Shown in pieces: positions 43,762 through 54,626 of a DNA stretch of 64,000 nt (the stretch's first letter is position 1; each line of letters begins with the position of its first letter). Origin of the DNA: an uncultured Candidatus Rokubacteria bacterium (lineage in GTDB: Bacteria > Methylomirabilota > Methylomirabilia > Rokubacteriales > CSP1-6); NCBI GenBank assembly GCA_963789955.1, contig CAWBMV010000037.1, positions 288,001 through 352,000 of the forward strand, in the 5' to 3' direction. The notes below the pieces were generated by a model. That model saw only the letters and a list, made by a program, of their open reading frames with translations, was not told the DNA's origin and made no database searches. Both the position numbers and the translations under genes were made by a program.

Positions 43762-44136
43762 GTGCGTGAGGACGTGACAAAGTTCATCGAAGCGTACCGA
43801 GACGCCTTCGGTCGCGGCCCGAGGGCCATCGCCGAGTTCTATTCGGAGCCGTGCGTGACGGTGAGGATAGGCGTCGTGCGCGTGAACTCGACGCGCAAGG
43901 ATACCGAAACGCTCTTCACCGACGTCGATGCGACCTATCGGGCCAGAGGATTTACGCACGGCGAAATCCTCGGTATCGACGTCGAGCTCCTCGGAGCCAA
44001 TAGCGCGCTCGCGACGGTTCAATGGGCATACATGGGCGCCTGTGAAGAGCTGCTGTGGAAGACGACGTTCTCCTACAACCTGTATCGGCGCGACGGCGCG
44101 TGGAAGATCCTCGTGCAAACGATGCACGACTCGTGA
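43762..44136 (+). CDS. NTF2-like hypothetical protein
   Basis: AGGAGG RBS; FIEAYRDAF...SYNLYRRDGAWKI. Confidence 0.65.
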   Translation: MREDVTKFIEAYRDAFGRGPRAIAEFYSEPCVTVRIGVVRVNSTRKDTETLFTDVDATYRARGFTHGEILGIDVELLGANSALATVQWAYMGACEELLWKTTFSYNLYRRDGAWKILVQTMHDS

Positions 44137-45158
44137 AACGAATCTGCCTGCTCCTGGCCGTGGCCTTCGCGGTCGTCGTCACCGCCGCCGAGGCCAATGT
44201 CGGCTTGACCGAAATCGCGGGCAAGGACGGCGAAGGCGTCGTGACCGTCTACTACCCGTCCGCCGACGACGCGAAGATCGGGAGGCGTGGTCCGTTCACC
44301 TTCGAGTTCGCCTGGCAGGGCGCGCCGGCGCGGGGCAACGGGCGCCTGATCGTCATGTCGCACGGCTCGGGTGGCTCGCCCTGGGTGCACGCGAACCTGG
44401 CGCAGACCTTGGTGGCAGACGGCTTCGTCGTCGCCATGCCGGAGCACCGGGGTGACAACTACAAGGATCCCGGCACGCCGGGACCCGAGAGCTGGAAACG
44501 ACGGCCGGTCGAGGTGTCACGCGCCATCGACGTCGTGAGCCGGGACGCGCGCTTCGGGCCACTGCTCGCGCTGGACAAGGTCGGCATGTACGGGATGTCG
44601 GCCGGCGGGCACACGGCGCTGACCCTGGCGGGTGGCCGCTGGTCGCCCGCGCTCTTTACCCGGCATTGCGAGTCTCACATCGCCGAGGATTTCCAGACGT
44701 GCGTCGGCCTGGCCACCCGCCTGCGGGGAGGTTTTCTCGACGGCACGAAGACGACGATCGCCCTGTGGGTGATCCGCAGCCGCTTCAGCGATGCGACATG
44801 GCAGACGCACACCGACCCCCGCATCGCCGCGATCGTGGCCGGCGTTCCGCTGGCCGCGGACTTCGACATGGCGTCCCTGGCCGCGCCGCACGTGCCGCTG
44901 GCGCTGGTGACCGCCCGCCAGGACAAGTGGCTGATCCCGCGCTTCCACGGTGACGCCGTGCTCGCGGTCTGCGCGGCATGCGAGCGGCTGGCCGATTTCG
45001 CCACGGGCGGCCACGGCGCGCTGCTCTCGCCGCTGCCGCCGGGGCTGTCCGGCCTCGTCGGAGACCTCCTCAACGACCCGCCCGGCTTCGATCGAGCCGA
45101 GCTGCCCGAGGTCGACCGAAAGATCTCAAGCTTCTTTCGGAAGCTCCTGCTCCCCTAG
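44133..45158 (+). CDS. Secreted alpha/beta hydrolase (dienelactone hydrolase-like)
   Basis: Signal peptide, MSHGSGG, GMSAGG, DPRIAA, GGHG. Confidence 0.8.
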   Translation: MKRICLLLAVAFAVVVTAAEANVGLTEIAGKDGEGVVTVYYPSADDAKIGRRGPFTFEFAWQGAPARGNGRLIVMSHGSGGSPWVHANLAQTLVADGFVVAMPEHRGDNYKDPGTPGPESWKRRPVEVSRAIDVVSRDARFGPLLALDKVGMYGMSAGGHTALTLAGGRWSPALFTRHCESHIAEDFQTCVGLATRLRGGFLDGTKTTIALWVIRSRFSDATWQTHTDPRIAAIVAGVPLAADFDMASLAAPHVPLALVTARQDKWLIPRFHGDAVLAVCAACERLADFATGGHGALLSPLPPGLSGLVGDLLNDPPGFDRAELPEVDRKISSFFRKLLLP

Positions 45159-46327
45159 CCCGTCCACTCGTACTTCTTCGCCGCCTTCTCGTTGAGCTCC
45201 GTGCCCCAGCCCGGCGCGGTCGGGATCTTCATGTGGCCGCTCGCGATCTCCGGCAGCGCCGTGAAGAGCTCGTCGCGATAGGGCGTCTGCTCCGGGTCGC
45301 TCTCCATGATGCGCACGTTGGAGACCGAGGCGCAGAGGTTGAGGCTCTGGAACGTGCTGAGGTGGCCGTTGTAGTTGTGGGGCGCGATGTTCAGCTCGAA
45401 CGTCTCGGCCAGGTCGGCCACCTTCTTCGCCGCCGAGAAGCCCTGCCAGCAGACGTCGACCTTCACGACGTCCATCGCGTGCAGATCGAAGTACGGCCGG
45501 TACTGCCGGATCGTCTGCAGCTGCTCGCCCGAGCAGATCGGCGCACGCACCGACGACTTCAGCTGGACCAGCGCGTGCGGGTCCTGGTTGTCGATCTCGA
45601 GCCAGAAGAGATCGTAGGGCTCGAGCGCGCGCCCCACGCGGATCGCCTCGCTCGGCTTGAAGTTGACGTTGATGTCCAGGCAGATGCCGATGTCGGGCCC
45701 GACCGCGTCGCGCATGGCCGAGATCTGGGCCACCGCCTGCTTCACGATGTCGCGGCTCGCGACCTGATCGTGCGGGCCGAGCCGGCCCTGCGAGATGCCG
45801 CGCGCCGGCTCACCGGGCCAGATGATGTTGGTCTTGAACGCGGTGTAGCCGCGCGCGGGCGCCTCGCGCGCCGCGTCCGCCAGATCTTGCAAGGTCTTGA
45901 GCGGCTTCACGCCCAGCAGCTTCCAGTTGTTCGCGCGATACGTCGCGAGGTGCGACCAGTAGACCCACTGGCGCTCGCGGTGCGGCCCGCCCATCAGCTT
46001 GTAGACCGGTACGCCCAGCGCCTTACCGGCGAGGTCCCACAGCGCCAGCTCGATCCCGGCGATCGCCTGCTGGGTCGCGCCGTACGGCGCCTGGCGGACG
46101 GCGCGGTACAGATCGATGTAGTGCTTCTCGACGGCGGTCGGATCCTTCCCGATCAGGCGCTGACCGAGATCCTGCACCAGACCGACCAGGCCGCGCGTGA
46201 TGCCGTCCGATCCGAACTCGCTGTAGCCCGTGAGCCCCGCGTCGGTGCGGATCGCGCAGAAAAGCCACGGCCGCGGCGGTGTGAAGCCGTTCGACACCAC
46301 GAAGGTCTCGATGCTCGTGATCTTCAT
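45155..46327 (-). CDS. Mandelate racemase/muconate lactonizing enzyme family (dehydratase-like)
   Basis: IELALWDLAGKALGVPVYKLMGG, GYTAFK, D/E/E metal ligands, APHN, PGWG. Confidence 0.9.
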   Translation of the reverse strand: MKITSIETFVVSNGFTPPRPWLFCAIRTDAGLTGYSEFGSDGITRGLVGLVQDLGQRLIGKDPTAVEKHYIDLYRAVRQAPYGATQQAIAGIELALWDLAGKALGVPVYKLMGGPHRERQWVYWSHLATYRANNWKLLGVKPLKTLQDLADAAREAPARGYTAFKTNIIWPGEPARGISQGRLGPHDQVASRDIVKQAVAQISAMRDAVGPDIGICLDINVNFKPSEAIRVGRALEPYDLFWLEIDNQDPHALVQLKSSVRAPICSGEQLQTIRQYRPYFDLHAMDVVKVDVCWQGFSAAKKVADLAETFELNIAPHNYNGHLSTFQSLNLCASVSNVRIMESDPEQTPYRDELFTALPEIASGHMKIPTAPGWGTELNEKAAKKYEWTG

Positions 46328-46435
46328 GTCGCTCCTCTCTTGTCTAGAACCTCGGCTGGAGACCGAACATCCGGAATACCGTTATGCGTGTCAAGCGGGG
46401 GCTTCGCCTGCCGGCGCTCGACTGGCGGCCGAATG

Positions 46436-46777
46436 TCAGTCGCAGCGCTTCAGGAAGATCTCGACCAGTCGCGCCGGACGAGAACCCTCGTTGCGCGTGT
46501 CGTGCGGCATCAAGCCCGGTAGGAAGTAGGCCGTTCCGCCGCTCAGCGGCTTCCGTCCCATCGGGCTATCGAGCGTCAGCTCCCCTTCGACCACGATGCC
46601 GACCTCGGCCTCGATTCCCTGGTGGCGTCCTGTTCCCGATCCCGGCACGAACGTCACGACCGTGACGCGGACCGAGGGATTGTCGAGGATCACCTGCGGC
46701 GCCGGAGGCTGTCCCAACGCAGGGAGCACAGCCAGAATGGTAGCGAAGATCGGTATCAGCACGAGCGCCTTCCTCAT
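46436..46777 (-). CDS. Secreted cupin domain protein
   Basis: Signal peptide; GRHQGIEAE, VVEGEL, MPHDTRN. Confidence 0.7.
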   Translation of the reverse strand: MRKALVLIPIFATILAVLPALGQPPAPQVILDNPSVRVTVVTFVPGSGTGRHQGIEAEVGIVVEGELTLDSPMGRKPLSGGTAYFLPGLMPHDTRNEGSRPARLVEIFLKRCD

Positions 46778-46858
46778 CGCAGGGTTCTCCTTTTGAGCAA
46801 ACGGGGTGTCAGCGCTTCGGACCCGATCAGAAGGGGCCGGCGAGCTCGTCGTGATCCG

Positions 46859-47551
46859 TCACGGACCGGAGCGCAGCTTCTGAATCTTCGCGACGCCCTG
46901 ACCGATGGCGTCCGCCAGCGCGGGCAGTTGGTCGACGGCGAGGTACATGGTAGTCGGCGCCTCCCAGATAGCCCACCGCTCGAACGGGTGCAGGTTACCG
47001 GCCTGGACGTAGGCCGCCGCGTTGCGGCGGACGCGGAGCACACCGACCCGCAGCGAGCCACCGTGAAAGTCGACCTCCACAGTCTCTTCGCCGACGAGGG
47101 CCGGCGCGCTCGCCGTCGTGCGCGCCATCTCCTTGATGGCATCGAGGAGGGCGCTGATCTCCTGCTCGTCCAGGACGCCGACCGCTATCCGATACATCTC
47201 TCCGGGCGCGCCGGTGGCAAGCGAAAGCGAGAGCCTGAGGGCAAGCTGCTGCCGGCTCGGCACACCGAGCCGGTAGGCCCGCAGCACGTCGATGCCGATC
47301 TCGCCCGATTTCGTCATCCGAGCGGCCGCCATCGGGGGGAACGCCTCGGCCTTCAACGGGAGCGTCGCAATCTTCGCGATCGGATGCGTTTCCTTCACGC
47401 AGGGTGAGCAGGCGGCGACCACGAATCGCTCGAACCTCGTCGGCAGCTGCTCCGCGGTCTCTGGGCCCTGCGCGCCATTCGCGACAGCGGCCGTCACCAC
47501 CAAGGTCGCCGCTCCCAGAAGCGATCGGGCCAGCCCGCGAATGTGCGTCAC
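46859..47551 (-). CDS. Hypothetical secreted protein
   Basis: Signal peptide, CSPC motif, GAGGAG RBS. Confidence 0.6.
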   Translation of the reverse strand: MTHIRGLARSLLGAATLVVTAAVANGAQGPETAEQLPTRFERFVVAACSPCVKETHPIAKIATLPLKAEAFPPMAAARMTKSGEIGIDVLRAYRLGVPSRQQLALRLSLSLATGAPGEMYRIAVGVLDEQEISALLDAIKEMARTTASAPALVGEETVEVDFHGGSLRVGVLRVRRNAAAYVQAGNLHPFERWAIWEAPTTMYLAVDQLPALADAIGQGVAKIQKLRSGP

Positions 47552-47624
47552 AACACTCTCCTCTTCGTCACCGTGTCTCGCCGGCGGCTGTTCTTCGATA
47601 TCACTATCACACTTTCTGTTCCGC

Positions 47625-49184
47625 TCATTTCGCGGCTCCCGGAGTCATTTCGACGATCGGCTGGGCGATGATCCAGAGACTGACCATCGTGTACCCCACC
47701 ATCAAGGTCAACATCGCGAACTGGCTCCGGAGCACGGCACGACGATCACCAAACTCGCGCACGGCAATGACGTGGGCGACGTAGACGGCGATCACGTGAC
47801 CCGTGACGATGGCGACGACGGCTGTGTACCATGCGAAGCGAGCGCCGACGATCCCGATATCCGGACGGTACCTCGCCGTACCAAACAGATTCCAGCCAAA
47901 CCCGAAAGGATCGGACACCAGTGGAATCAGGAACTGTCCCTGGATCAGCAGGTACGTGAAGTAATGCGCCAGGTGATAGGCGATCGCGATCGGGATGAGC
48001 GAGACCACGAACGCGCGCTCGACGGCGGCGATCGGCCGCATGTTCCCGGCGGACAACGCCATCCATCTGGCGAACAGCCGATAGATCAGCACGAAGAGCA
48101 CCGGGAAGCTGAGGAGCGCGAGGGTGTCGATGACCGACACGCGGGCGTCGCCGAGAGGCGCCAGCGCAGTGAAGGCGATGCCTTCGAACGTGGCCCACGC
48201 CGGAGTTCCCATGAATCCGTCGAATGTCACGGTCGAGAGCATGAGCAGGACGAAGACGGCCATCGAACCCGAGATCGGCTCCGATCGCAGGAGTCCCGCT
48301 CCGAACGGCCGCAGATTCAGCTCGCGCTCGGCGTCCCCGGCGCGCGCGAAACACGCGCCACAGTTGACACAGCCGTCTTCCTGGTTCGCACACCCGTGCG
48401 CGCAACGGTGACACAGGTCGCGATTCGTCACGCGGATCTCGGTGGGAGCGAATCGCGCGAGGAGCCCGAACGCCATGGCAAACGGGTCGCCGTGTCGGAG
48501 CCACGCGACGCGCCCAAAGACCGCCATGCCGGCGAACGTCATCGCCGAGTACACCACCGTCATCAGCGCGAGCTGAGCCGGGACCGCCCGACCGAGGAAG
48601 ACGAGCTCGGTCCACGCGAACGCGAGGAACAGCGTGATCGCGGGCCACACGCCGAGCCATTGCGGATAGCGCATGATCGATGCGCCTTCGCCGTCGGATC
48701 CGCCACGGCCCTTCACCCAGTGAAAGACCGCACTCCAGGGATTCACGACAGCCCACAGATTGCCGACCAACGCCGAGATATAAGCGACGCCGACCCACCA
48801 CGCGACCCAGATGGCGGTCGGTGCGAGATTCCGCAGCGGATTTTGGTTGCCGACGGCGCCGGCAGCCACGATGAGCATCAGGGCACCGACGGATAGCACC
48901 TGAGCCGCGAGCTGGATGCCGCGGCTGACCAGCAGGCGCACGAGCCGCCATCGAAGCACGTTGATCCGCGGATAACCGCGCGTCACATTCGCGCCCTGCA
49001 CGATGGGGGCGATGATCGCGAAGGAGAGGGCGACTGCCGCGCCGGCGCCCGTCAGCCACAGCCAGAGCGGCACCGGAAGATCGTAGCGTTGGCCGAAGCC
49101 GTGGGCGAAGGCGGGCGTCGTGACGACCGGGATCGAGAGGATCGCGATCGCGGCGGCGCGTGCTCTGCAAACGGTAGCGCCCAG
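47625..49184 (-). CDS. Multi-pass membrane protein (HGFGxRYDLP family) with Cys-rich loop, paralogue A; start uncertain
   Basis: AFAHGFGQRYDLPVP, TVTFDGF, IAYHLAHY, SDPFGFGWNLFG, GHVIAVYVAH; CHRCAHGC...CVNCGAC. Confidence 0.78.
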   Translation of the reverse strand: MGATVCRARAAAIAILSIPVVTTPAFAHGFGQRYDLPVPLWLWLTGAGAAVALSFAIIAPIVQGANVTRGYPRINVLRWRLVRLLVSRGIQLAAQVLSVGALMLIVAAGAVGNQNPLRNLAPTAIWVAWWVGVAYISALVGNLWAVVNPWSAVFHWVKGRGGSDGEGASIMRYPQWLGVWPAITLFLAFAWTELVFLGRAVPAQLALMTVVYSAMTFAGMAVFGRVAWLRHGDPFAMAFGLLARFAPTEIRVTNRDLCHRCAHGCANQEDGCVNCGACFARAGDAERELNLRPFGAGLLRSEPISGSMAVFVLLMLSTVTFDGFMGTPAWATFEGIAFTALAPLGDARVSVIDTLALLSFPVLFVLIYRLFARWMALSAGNMRPIAAVERAFVVSLIPIAIAYHLAHYFTYLLIQGQFLIPLVSDPFGFGWNLFGTARYRPDIGIVGARFAWYTAVVAIVTGHVIAVYVAHVIAVREFGDRRAVLRSQFAMLTLMVGYTMVSLWIIAQPIVEMTPGAAK

Positions 49185-49305
49185 TTGACCCGGCTCCTTT
49201 CTTCCCGGCGACCTGCGGGATCGTACCGCGAGTCCGCTTCGAGCAATGGCTTTTCGAAGGTTCCTCGCTGGCGCGCCAACCGACGTTCGTGTAGTCTCGT
49301 TCTCG

Positions 49306-49805
49306 ATGCATCGCCGAGCGATTCTGCCGTGTCTCGCGGCCACCTCGGTCAGCGTCGCCCCCGCCGTCGCCTCGGCACACACCAGGCTCTCCGGAACCGT
49401 GCAGATCGAGACGTCCGGCGCGACATTGTCGGCGTGGTTGACGAGCTGGATGCGCGGGCGAAGCGTCCCGGCTGGCCATCCTCGCCGCCGGATGTGCGCT
49501 CGCTGCCATCCTGGCGATCTGGGCCCGGCGCGTCCGGCGCATACCGGTCGTCGCGCTGGCGTTGATGCTGGCCCTGACCGGGTTCGAGACCGCCATTCAC
49601 TCGGTGCATCATCTGGGCGATCCCCGGGCGGCCGAGCAATGCCTCGTCGCATCGAGTGGCGCACACACGCACGCCATCGGTGGCGGATCACCGTTGGTCC
49701 CTGGACGACGTCACGAGAGTCCTTGGAACCGTCTCGATAGCGTCCTGGCCATTACGTCGCTCGACGGTCGCTGCTCCGACCCCCGGCCGCGCTCCCCCCG
49801 CCTAG
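49306..49805 (+). CDS. HxVHHL/RAPP leader membrane protein, copy 1 (two frameshifts)
   Basis: MHRRAILP...VASAH; then FETAIHSVHHLGD...CLVASSGAH; then PGRAPPA* (49782-49805) in successive frames. Confidence 0.65.
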
Positions 49806-49901
49806 CTCCACGCGCATCGCACTTCGAGTCGCAGCGAGCAGCAGGCGAGCGCCTGCTCCGATGTCCCCTTGATCGTGCGCCGGCGGGCGCGAGGATCCGT
49901 C

Positions 49902-50265
49902 ATGCAAGCTATGCTCAGGTGGTCCGGGCTCCTCTGGCTCCTCGCGATGATGAGCGTGGTCGTGGTGCAGGCTTCCATGGCCGAGCCGAAGGCCATCGAC
50001 CTGGTCATCCGCGGGAGAAGCCTCTCGCCCGAGCAACGCGTGATCCGGGTCCAGCAAGGCGATGCGGTCACCTTGCGCTGGACGAGTGACCAGACGCTCA
50101 CCCTGCACCTGCACGGCTACGACGTCGAGCGACGCGTCGCTCCCGGCGCGGCCGCGACGATGAGCTTCACAGCGCATGCGACGGGCCGATTTCCCATCGA
50201 AGTCCATGCGAGCGAAGGACGGCGGCGAGACGACCCTGGGCTACCTGGAGGTTCACCCGCGGTGA
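49902..50265 (+). CDS. Cupredoxin-like periplasmic protein (late frameshift)
   Basis: Signal peptide, IRVQQGDAVTLRWTSD, LHLHGYD, GRFPIEVH, LEVHPR*. Confidence 0.72.
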
Positions 50266-51793
50266 GAGCCATTCGCCGTGACACCGTCGCGTCGTCGCCG
50301 TTCTCGCGGTCGCGCCGCCGGCGTGCGCGCACGGGTTTGGGGATCGTTACGACCTGCCGGTGCCGCTCTCGCTATGGGTCGCCGGGGCGGTGATCGCGGT
50401 GGTGCTCTCGTTCGTCGTCGTCGGGTTGGTCGTGCGAGCGCCCACGATTCCCGGGGACTACGCCCGGGTCAATCTGCTGCGCTGGCCGCCCGCGCGGATC
50501 CTCGTCGATCCGCGTCTGTGGCTGGTCGGGCGGATCGCGTCGATCGCGCTGCTGCTCCTGATCGTGGCTGCCGGCGTTCTCGGCAACCAGAACCCGACAC
50601 GAAATTTGGCTCCGACGGCCGTGTGGGTCGTCTGGTGGGTCGGCGTCGCCTATCTCTCGGCGCTCCTCGGCAACGTATGGCTCGTCGTGAATCCGTGGAG
50701 TGCGGCGTTCGCTGCCGTCGAGCGCTTCGTGGGGGGTAACCTCGCGTGGCGTTTCCCCTATCCGCGCGCGCTCGGAGCTTGGCCGGCGGTCCTGCTCTTC
50801 GGCGCGTTTGCGTGGACCGAGCTCGTATTCAATGGAAGGGCGGTCCCGGCCCAGCTTGCGCTGCTGATCCTCGGCTATTCGCTCGTCACCTGGGCGGGAA
50901 TGGCGGTCTTCGGCCGTGCGACGTGGTTACGCCACGGCGATCCCTTTGCGACCGTCTTCGGACTGCTCGCTCGATTCGCGCCGCTCGAGCTGCGTGTGAG
51001 CAATCCGCGCTGGTGCCACCGCTGTGAGGGAGACTGCGACGGCCCGGCGGATGGATGCGTCAACTGCCTCGAGTGCTTCGAACGGGCGCCCGAGGGCGAA
51101 CGGGAGCTGAATCTCCGTCCGTGGGCGGCCGGGCTGCTCGACGCCCGTGACGTCTCGCCGTCGATGGTCGTCTTCGCCCTCCTCCTCCTGGCCACCGTGA
51201 CCTTCGACGGGTTCATGGCGACTCCGCCCTGGTCCACGGTCGAGAGCACCCTCTACCCCTTGATGCCCGGCGACCCGGATCTCAAGCTCACGCTCACCTC
51301 CACCGTCGGTCTGCTGGCCTTCGCCGTCCTGTTCGTCGCAGCGTATCGCGTCGTCGCCGCCGGGGTGGCTGTCGCCGCCGGACGGCACGCCTCATCGCGC
51401 ATCGCCGGCGCGTTCGTCCTGTCGCTGGTGCCGATCGCGCTGGCCTACCACCTGGCGCACTACTTCACGTACCTGCTGATCCAGGGCCAGCTCACCATCC
51501 CGCTCGCGTCCGACCCGTTCGGCTTCGGCTGGAACCTCTTCGGCACGGCCGCGTTCGTCCCCGACTTCGGCCTCGTGGATGCGCGAGTGGCCTGGTACAC
51601 ATCGGTCGTGGCGATCGTGATCGGCCACATCGTGGCCGTCTACGTCGCCCACGTGGTCGCGCTCCAGGAGTTTCGCGAGCGCCGCGCCGTCGTCAGGAGC
51701 CAGCTCGTGATGCTGCTGCTCATGGTTGGATATACGACGGCGAGCCTGTGGATCATCGCGCAGCCCATCGTCGAGTTCAGCGGCACGAGCTAG
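50262..51793 (+). CDS. Multi-pass membrane protein (HGFGxRYDLP family), paralogue B
   Basis: ACAHGFGDRYDLPVP; colinear with paralogue A; CHRCEGDC...CVNCLEC. Early frameshift near 50290. Confidence 0.8.
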
Positions 51794-52353
51794 GGGGCCA
51801 GGGGCTTCGTGCCGGCAGCTCGCCGCCGGCGACCCCAGACCGCGAGCCACACAGCAAGGAGGAGGATCGCCAGCGCGCCAATCGCTACGAGCACGGCCCA
51901 ACGGACAGCCAAGGGCGGCTCGACATCCATCTCGAAATCGACGTCACCGCGCCCCGCCGATCCCTCGACCGACACCGTGACGTGCCAGCGCCCTTGCGCC
52001 GGAATTTTTACCCTCGCGTGGTACAAGCGCGGCACGAGCAGATCGAAGAATCCGCCGGCTGCGCGCGAGCCCACGCCCTCGACGAAGCCTGACGTGGTGG
52101 CGGCACGCGCCGTCAGGCGCATCCGGGCGTCGTCGACGGGCCGGCGCGTGTCGGCGCGGAGGATCGAGGCGCTGATATCGAGCGCGCCCACCCGCGCGGG
52201 ATCCGGCGCGGTCCACACCGAGACGACATAGGGCCCGGCCGGGACGAGCTCGCAGCGAAGCCGGCCTCCGTGCGCGTCCGCGTGCCCCGCCGGGAGCAGT
52301 AGCACGGCAACGATCGATCCGACCCGCAGCGCCGCCGCCCACCCAGCAGTCAT
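51790..52353 (-). CDS. YtkA/FixH-like Ig-fold protein with C-terminal membrane anchor
   Basis: Signal ADA-HGG, PDPARVG, YHARVKIPAQGRWHVTVSVEG, C-terminal TM plus RRRR. Confidence 0.6.
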   Translation of the reverse strand: MTAGWAAALRVGSIVAVLLLPAGHADAHGGRLRCELVPAGPYVVSVWTAPDPARVGALDISASILRADTRRPVDDARMRLTARAATTSGFVEGVGSRAAGGFFDLLVPRLYHARVKIPAQGRWHVTVSVEGSAGRGDVDFEMDVEPPLAVRWAVLVAIGALAILLLAVWLAVWGRRRRAAGTKPLAP

Positions 52354-52406
52354 CGACTCGCCTGGTCCTCGCCGCCCGAGCCGCCCCATGTTAGTGTGGC
52401 GCCGTC

Positions 52407-53978
52407 GTGTTGGCCTTCGCTCTGTTGTGGCTGCGCGCCGCGGGGCTCGTCGGGCAGGCGCTGGCGCTCGGCAGTACGGCATTCGCGCTCGTCGTGCTTC
52501 AGAGGACACGCGAGCCGGGCTCGCTCCGGCGCTTTCACTCTGCATTGGTGATCGCGGCGGCCGGCGCCTTGCTCTGCGCCGCGGCGCAAGCCATCGTTCT
52601 CGCGACCATCGCGAACGCGTTCGCCGACGAGCACGGCTGGGCGTTCGGCGCGCTGCTGGGCTCGACGGTGGGCCAGCGCGGAATGTTGCGCATTGTGGTC
52701 GCACTCGGTGTCGCCGGAGCCGCGCTGGCGACTCGTCGGGTCTCGAGCCCACGGATCTGGTCGATGCTGCTCGTCGCCGCCAACGCCTTGCTCGCCCTTT
52801 CGAGCGCACGGGTCAGCCACGCGGCGGGCCGTCAGGATTTCGGCTGGCTCGTCGCCGTCGGCGCTCTCCATCAAGCCGCCGCCGGCGTCTGGGTCGGCGG
52901 CCTGGTCTGCGCGTTCGTGTTCACCGTGCGACATGATGCGCAGGCTCCGATCGCCTGGCTCCGCCCGTTCTCGCGGCTCGCCGCGACGGCCGCCGGAGCG
53001 ATCGCGCTCACCGGCATCGCGCTCGCGTGCGGGTACGTCGCCACCCCGCGAGCCGCCATCGGCACCACCTACGGCGCGATGGTCGTCACGAAGAGCACGC
53101 TGTTCGTCGCGCTGCTCGTGATGGGCGCGCTGAACCATTTCGCCCTGCGCCGCCCGCCGGCGGCGGCACCCGGCGATACCATCGTCCTTCGCCGGCGCAT
53201 CGAGGTCGAAGCCGGGCTCGGCCTCGTGACGCTCCTCGTGGCGGCCTCCATCGCTTCGGCTCCGCCCGGCGTGGACGCGGGCGTCGCGCGCGCCACGCCC
53301 GAAGAAGTCGGCTATCTCTTCACGCCCCGCTGGCCGCGGCTCGACACGCCAACTCCGGCGGAGCTGCTGGCGACCTCCGGCCTCGGTGACCCGAGCGCGC
53401 CGCGCACCCAGGAAGAAATCGCGTGGTCCGAGTTCGGTCACAACGTCTCGGGCCTGTTCATCGTGGCGATGGGCCTGCTCGCGACGCTCGAGCGGACCGG
53501 CCGCGCGCCGTGGGCTCGCCACTGGCCGCTGCTCCTCCTGGGGCTGGCGGGCTTCATCGGCTGGAGCCTCGATCCGGAGGGCTGGCAGACGGGCGTCGTC
53601 GGTTTCTGGGACCAGATGCGCAGTCCAGAGGTCTTGCAGCACCGGATCTTGCTGCTGCTCACCGCGCTCTTCGCCCTCGCCGAGTGGCAAGTCCGCAGCG
53701 GTCGGCGCCCGAACTCCCCTTTCCGCTATCCGTTTCCGTTCGTGGCGATCGCGAGTGGCGTGCTCCTCATCTCGCACAGCCACGAGGTGAGCAACGCCAA
53801 ATCCGGGCTGCTCATGGAGCTCTCGCATCTTCCCCTGGGTCTGGTCAGTCTCCTCGCCGGCTGGTCGCGCTGGCTCGAATTGCGGTTGCCTCCCGCCGAC
53901 AGCGGCGGGCCCGGCCGCCTCTGGGGTCCCGCCTTCTGTCTCTTCGGGCTGATCCTCACCTTTTATCGCGAGGCGTGA
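52407..53978 (+). CDS. copD: CopD-family copper uptake membrane protein with extended C-terminal membrane domain
   Basis: VSHAAG, LHQAAAGVWVGGL, FSRLA, TTYG...K, LNHF. Extra domain WSEFGHN...QH...HSH...SH. Confidence 0.8.
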   Translation: MLAFALLWLRAAGLVGQALALGSTAFALVVLQRTREPGSLRRFHSALVIAAAGALLCAAAQAIVLATIANAFADEHGWAFGALLGSTVGQRGMLRIVVALGVAGAALATRRVSSPRIWSMLLVAANALLALSSARVSHAAGRQDFGWLVAVGALHQAAAGVWVGGLVCAFVFTVRHDAQAPIAWLRPFSRLAATAAGAIALTGIALACGYVATPRAAIGTTYGAMVVTKSTLFVALLVMGALNHFALRRPPAAAPGDTIVLRRRIEVEAGLGLVTLLVAASIASAPPGVDAGVARATPEEVGYLFTPRWPRLDTPTPAELLATSGLGDPSAPRTQEEIAWSEFGHNVSGLFIVAMGLLATLERTGRAPWARHWPLLLLGLAGFIGWSLDPEGWQTGVVGFWDQMRSPEVLQHRILLLLTALFALAEWQVRSGRRPNSPFRYPFPFVAIASGVLLISHSHEVSNAKSGLLMELSHLPLGLVSLLAGWSRWLELRLPPADSGGPGRLWGPAFCLFGLILTFYREA

Positions 53979-53989
53979 CCGGGCGCCGG

Positions 53990-54604
53990 CTACTTCATGT
54001 CGTGTCCTTTCATGTCCATCGGCTTGTCGCCGGTCGGCTTGTCGCCGCCAGCGTGATGGCTCATCTCGCCTTTCAGCGATTTGAGGTAGGCGACCAGATC
54101 GACGAGCTGGCGGACGGTCATCACGTCCCCGTAGTCGGGCATCTTCGATAGCCGATCGGAGCCCGTGTAGCCGGCGCCCTGCACGATGACCCGGTTCGGG
54201 TTCACGATCGATTCCGCGAAGTATTCAGCCGGATGATGGGAGCCCATGCCGGTCAATGCCGGGCCCGGCTCTTGAGCCCGCTTCGATGCCTTCGGGAAAT
54301 CCTCCCCTTTGACTTCGTGACACGCGAAGCACTCCAGTGTCACGAACGCCTCGCGCCCCTTGGCCGGATCACCCGGTGGCACCAGGAATTTCCAGCCCTT
54401 CGGCACCCCGCCCGACGCATGCAGCGCTTCCATCGTCGTGCGGATCGGCGCCGGCGGCTTCATGGCTGAAGTCTTGTCCCCGCCCATCTGCATGGTCCCT
54501 TGACCCCAGGCCCCTGCGGTGACGACCAGGCCGATCAGCAGCGCTAACACCGTCGTGCGTCGCGGTTCGATTCTCATGCCCATCCTCCGTAGGATGTCGT
54601 TCAT
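53990..54604 (-). CDS. Monoheme c-type cytochrome with His/Met-rich tail
   Basis: GDPAKGREAF, CFACH, ESIVNP, SKMPDY, tail MSHH...MDMKGHDMK. Confidence 0.85.
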   Translation of the reverse strand: MNDILRRMGMRIEPRRTTVLALLIGLVVTAGAWGQGTMQMGGDKTSAMKPPAPIRTTMEALHASGGVPKGWKFLVPPGDPAKGREAFVTLECFACHEVKGEDFPKASKRAQEPGPALTGMGSHHPAEYFAESIVNPNRVIVQGAGYTGSDRLSKMPDYGDVMTVRQLVDLVAYLKSLKGEMSHHAGGDKPTGDKPMDMKGHDMK

Positions 54605-54626
54605 CGTTGCCTCCGGGTTTGAGGAC

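Noticed and set aside
49185..49691. N-terminal extension of the 688-aa minus ORF
   Set aside because: Antisense to RAPP copy 1; homology with paralogue B begins only near AHGFG.
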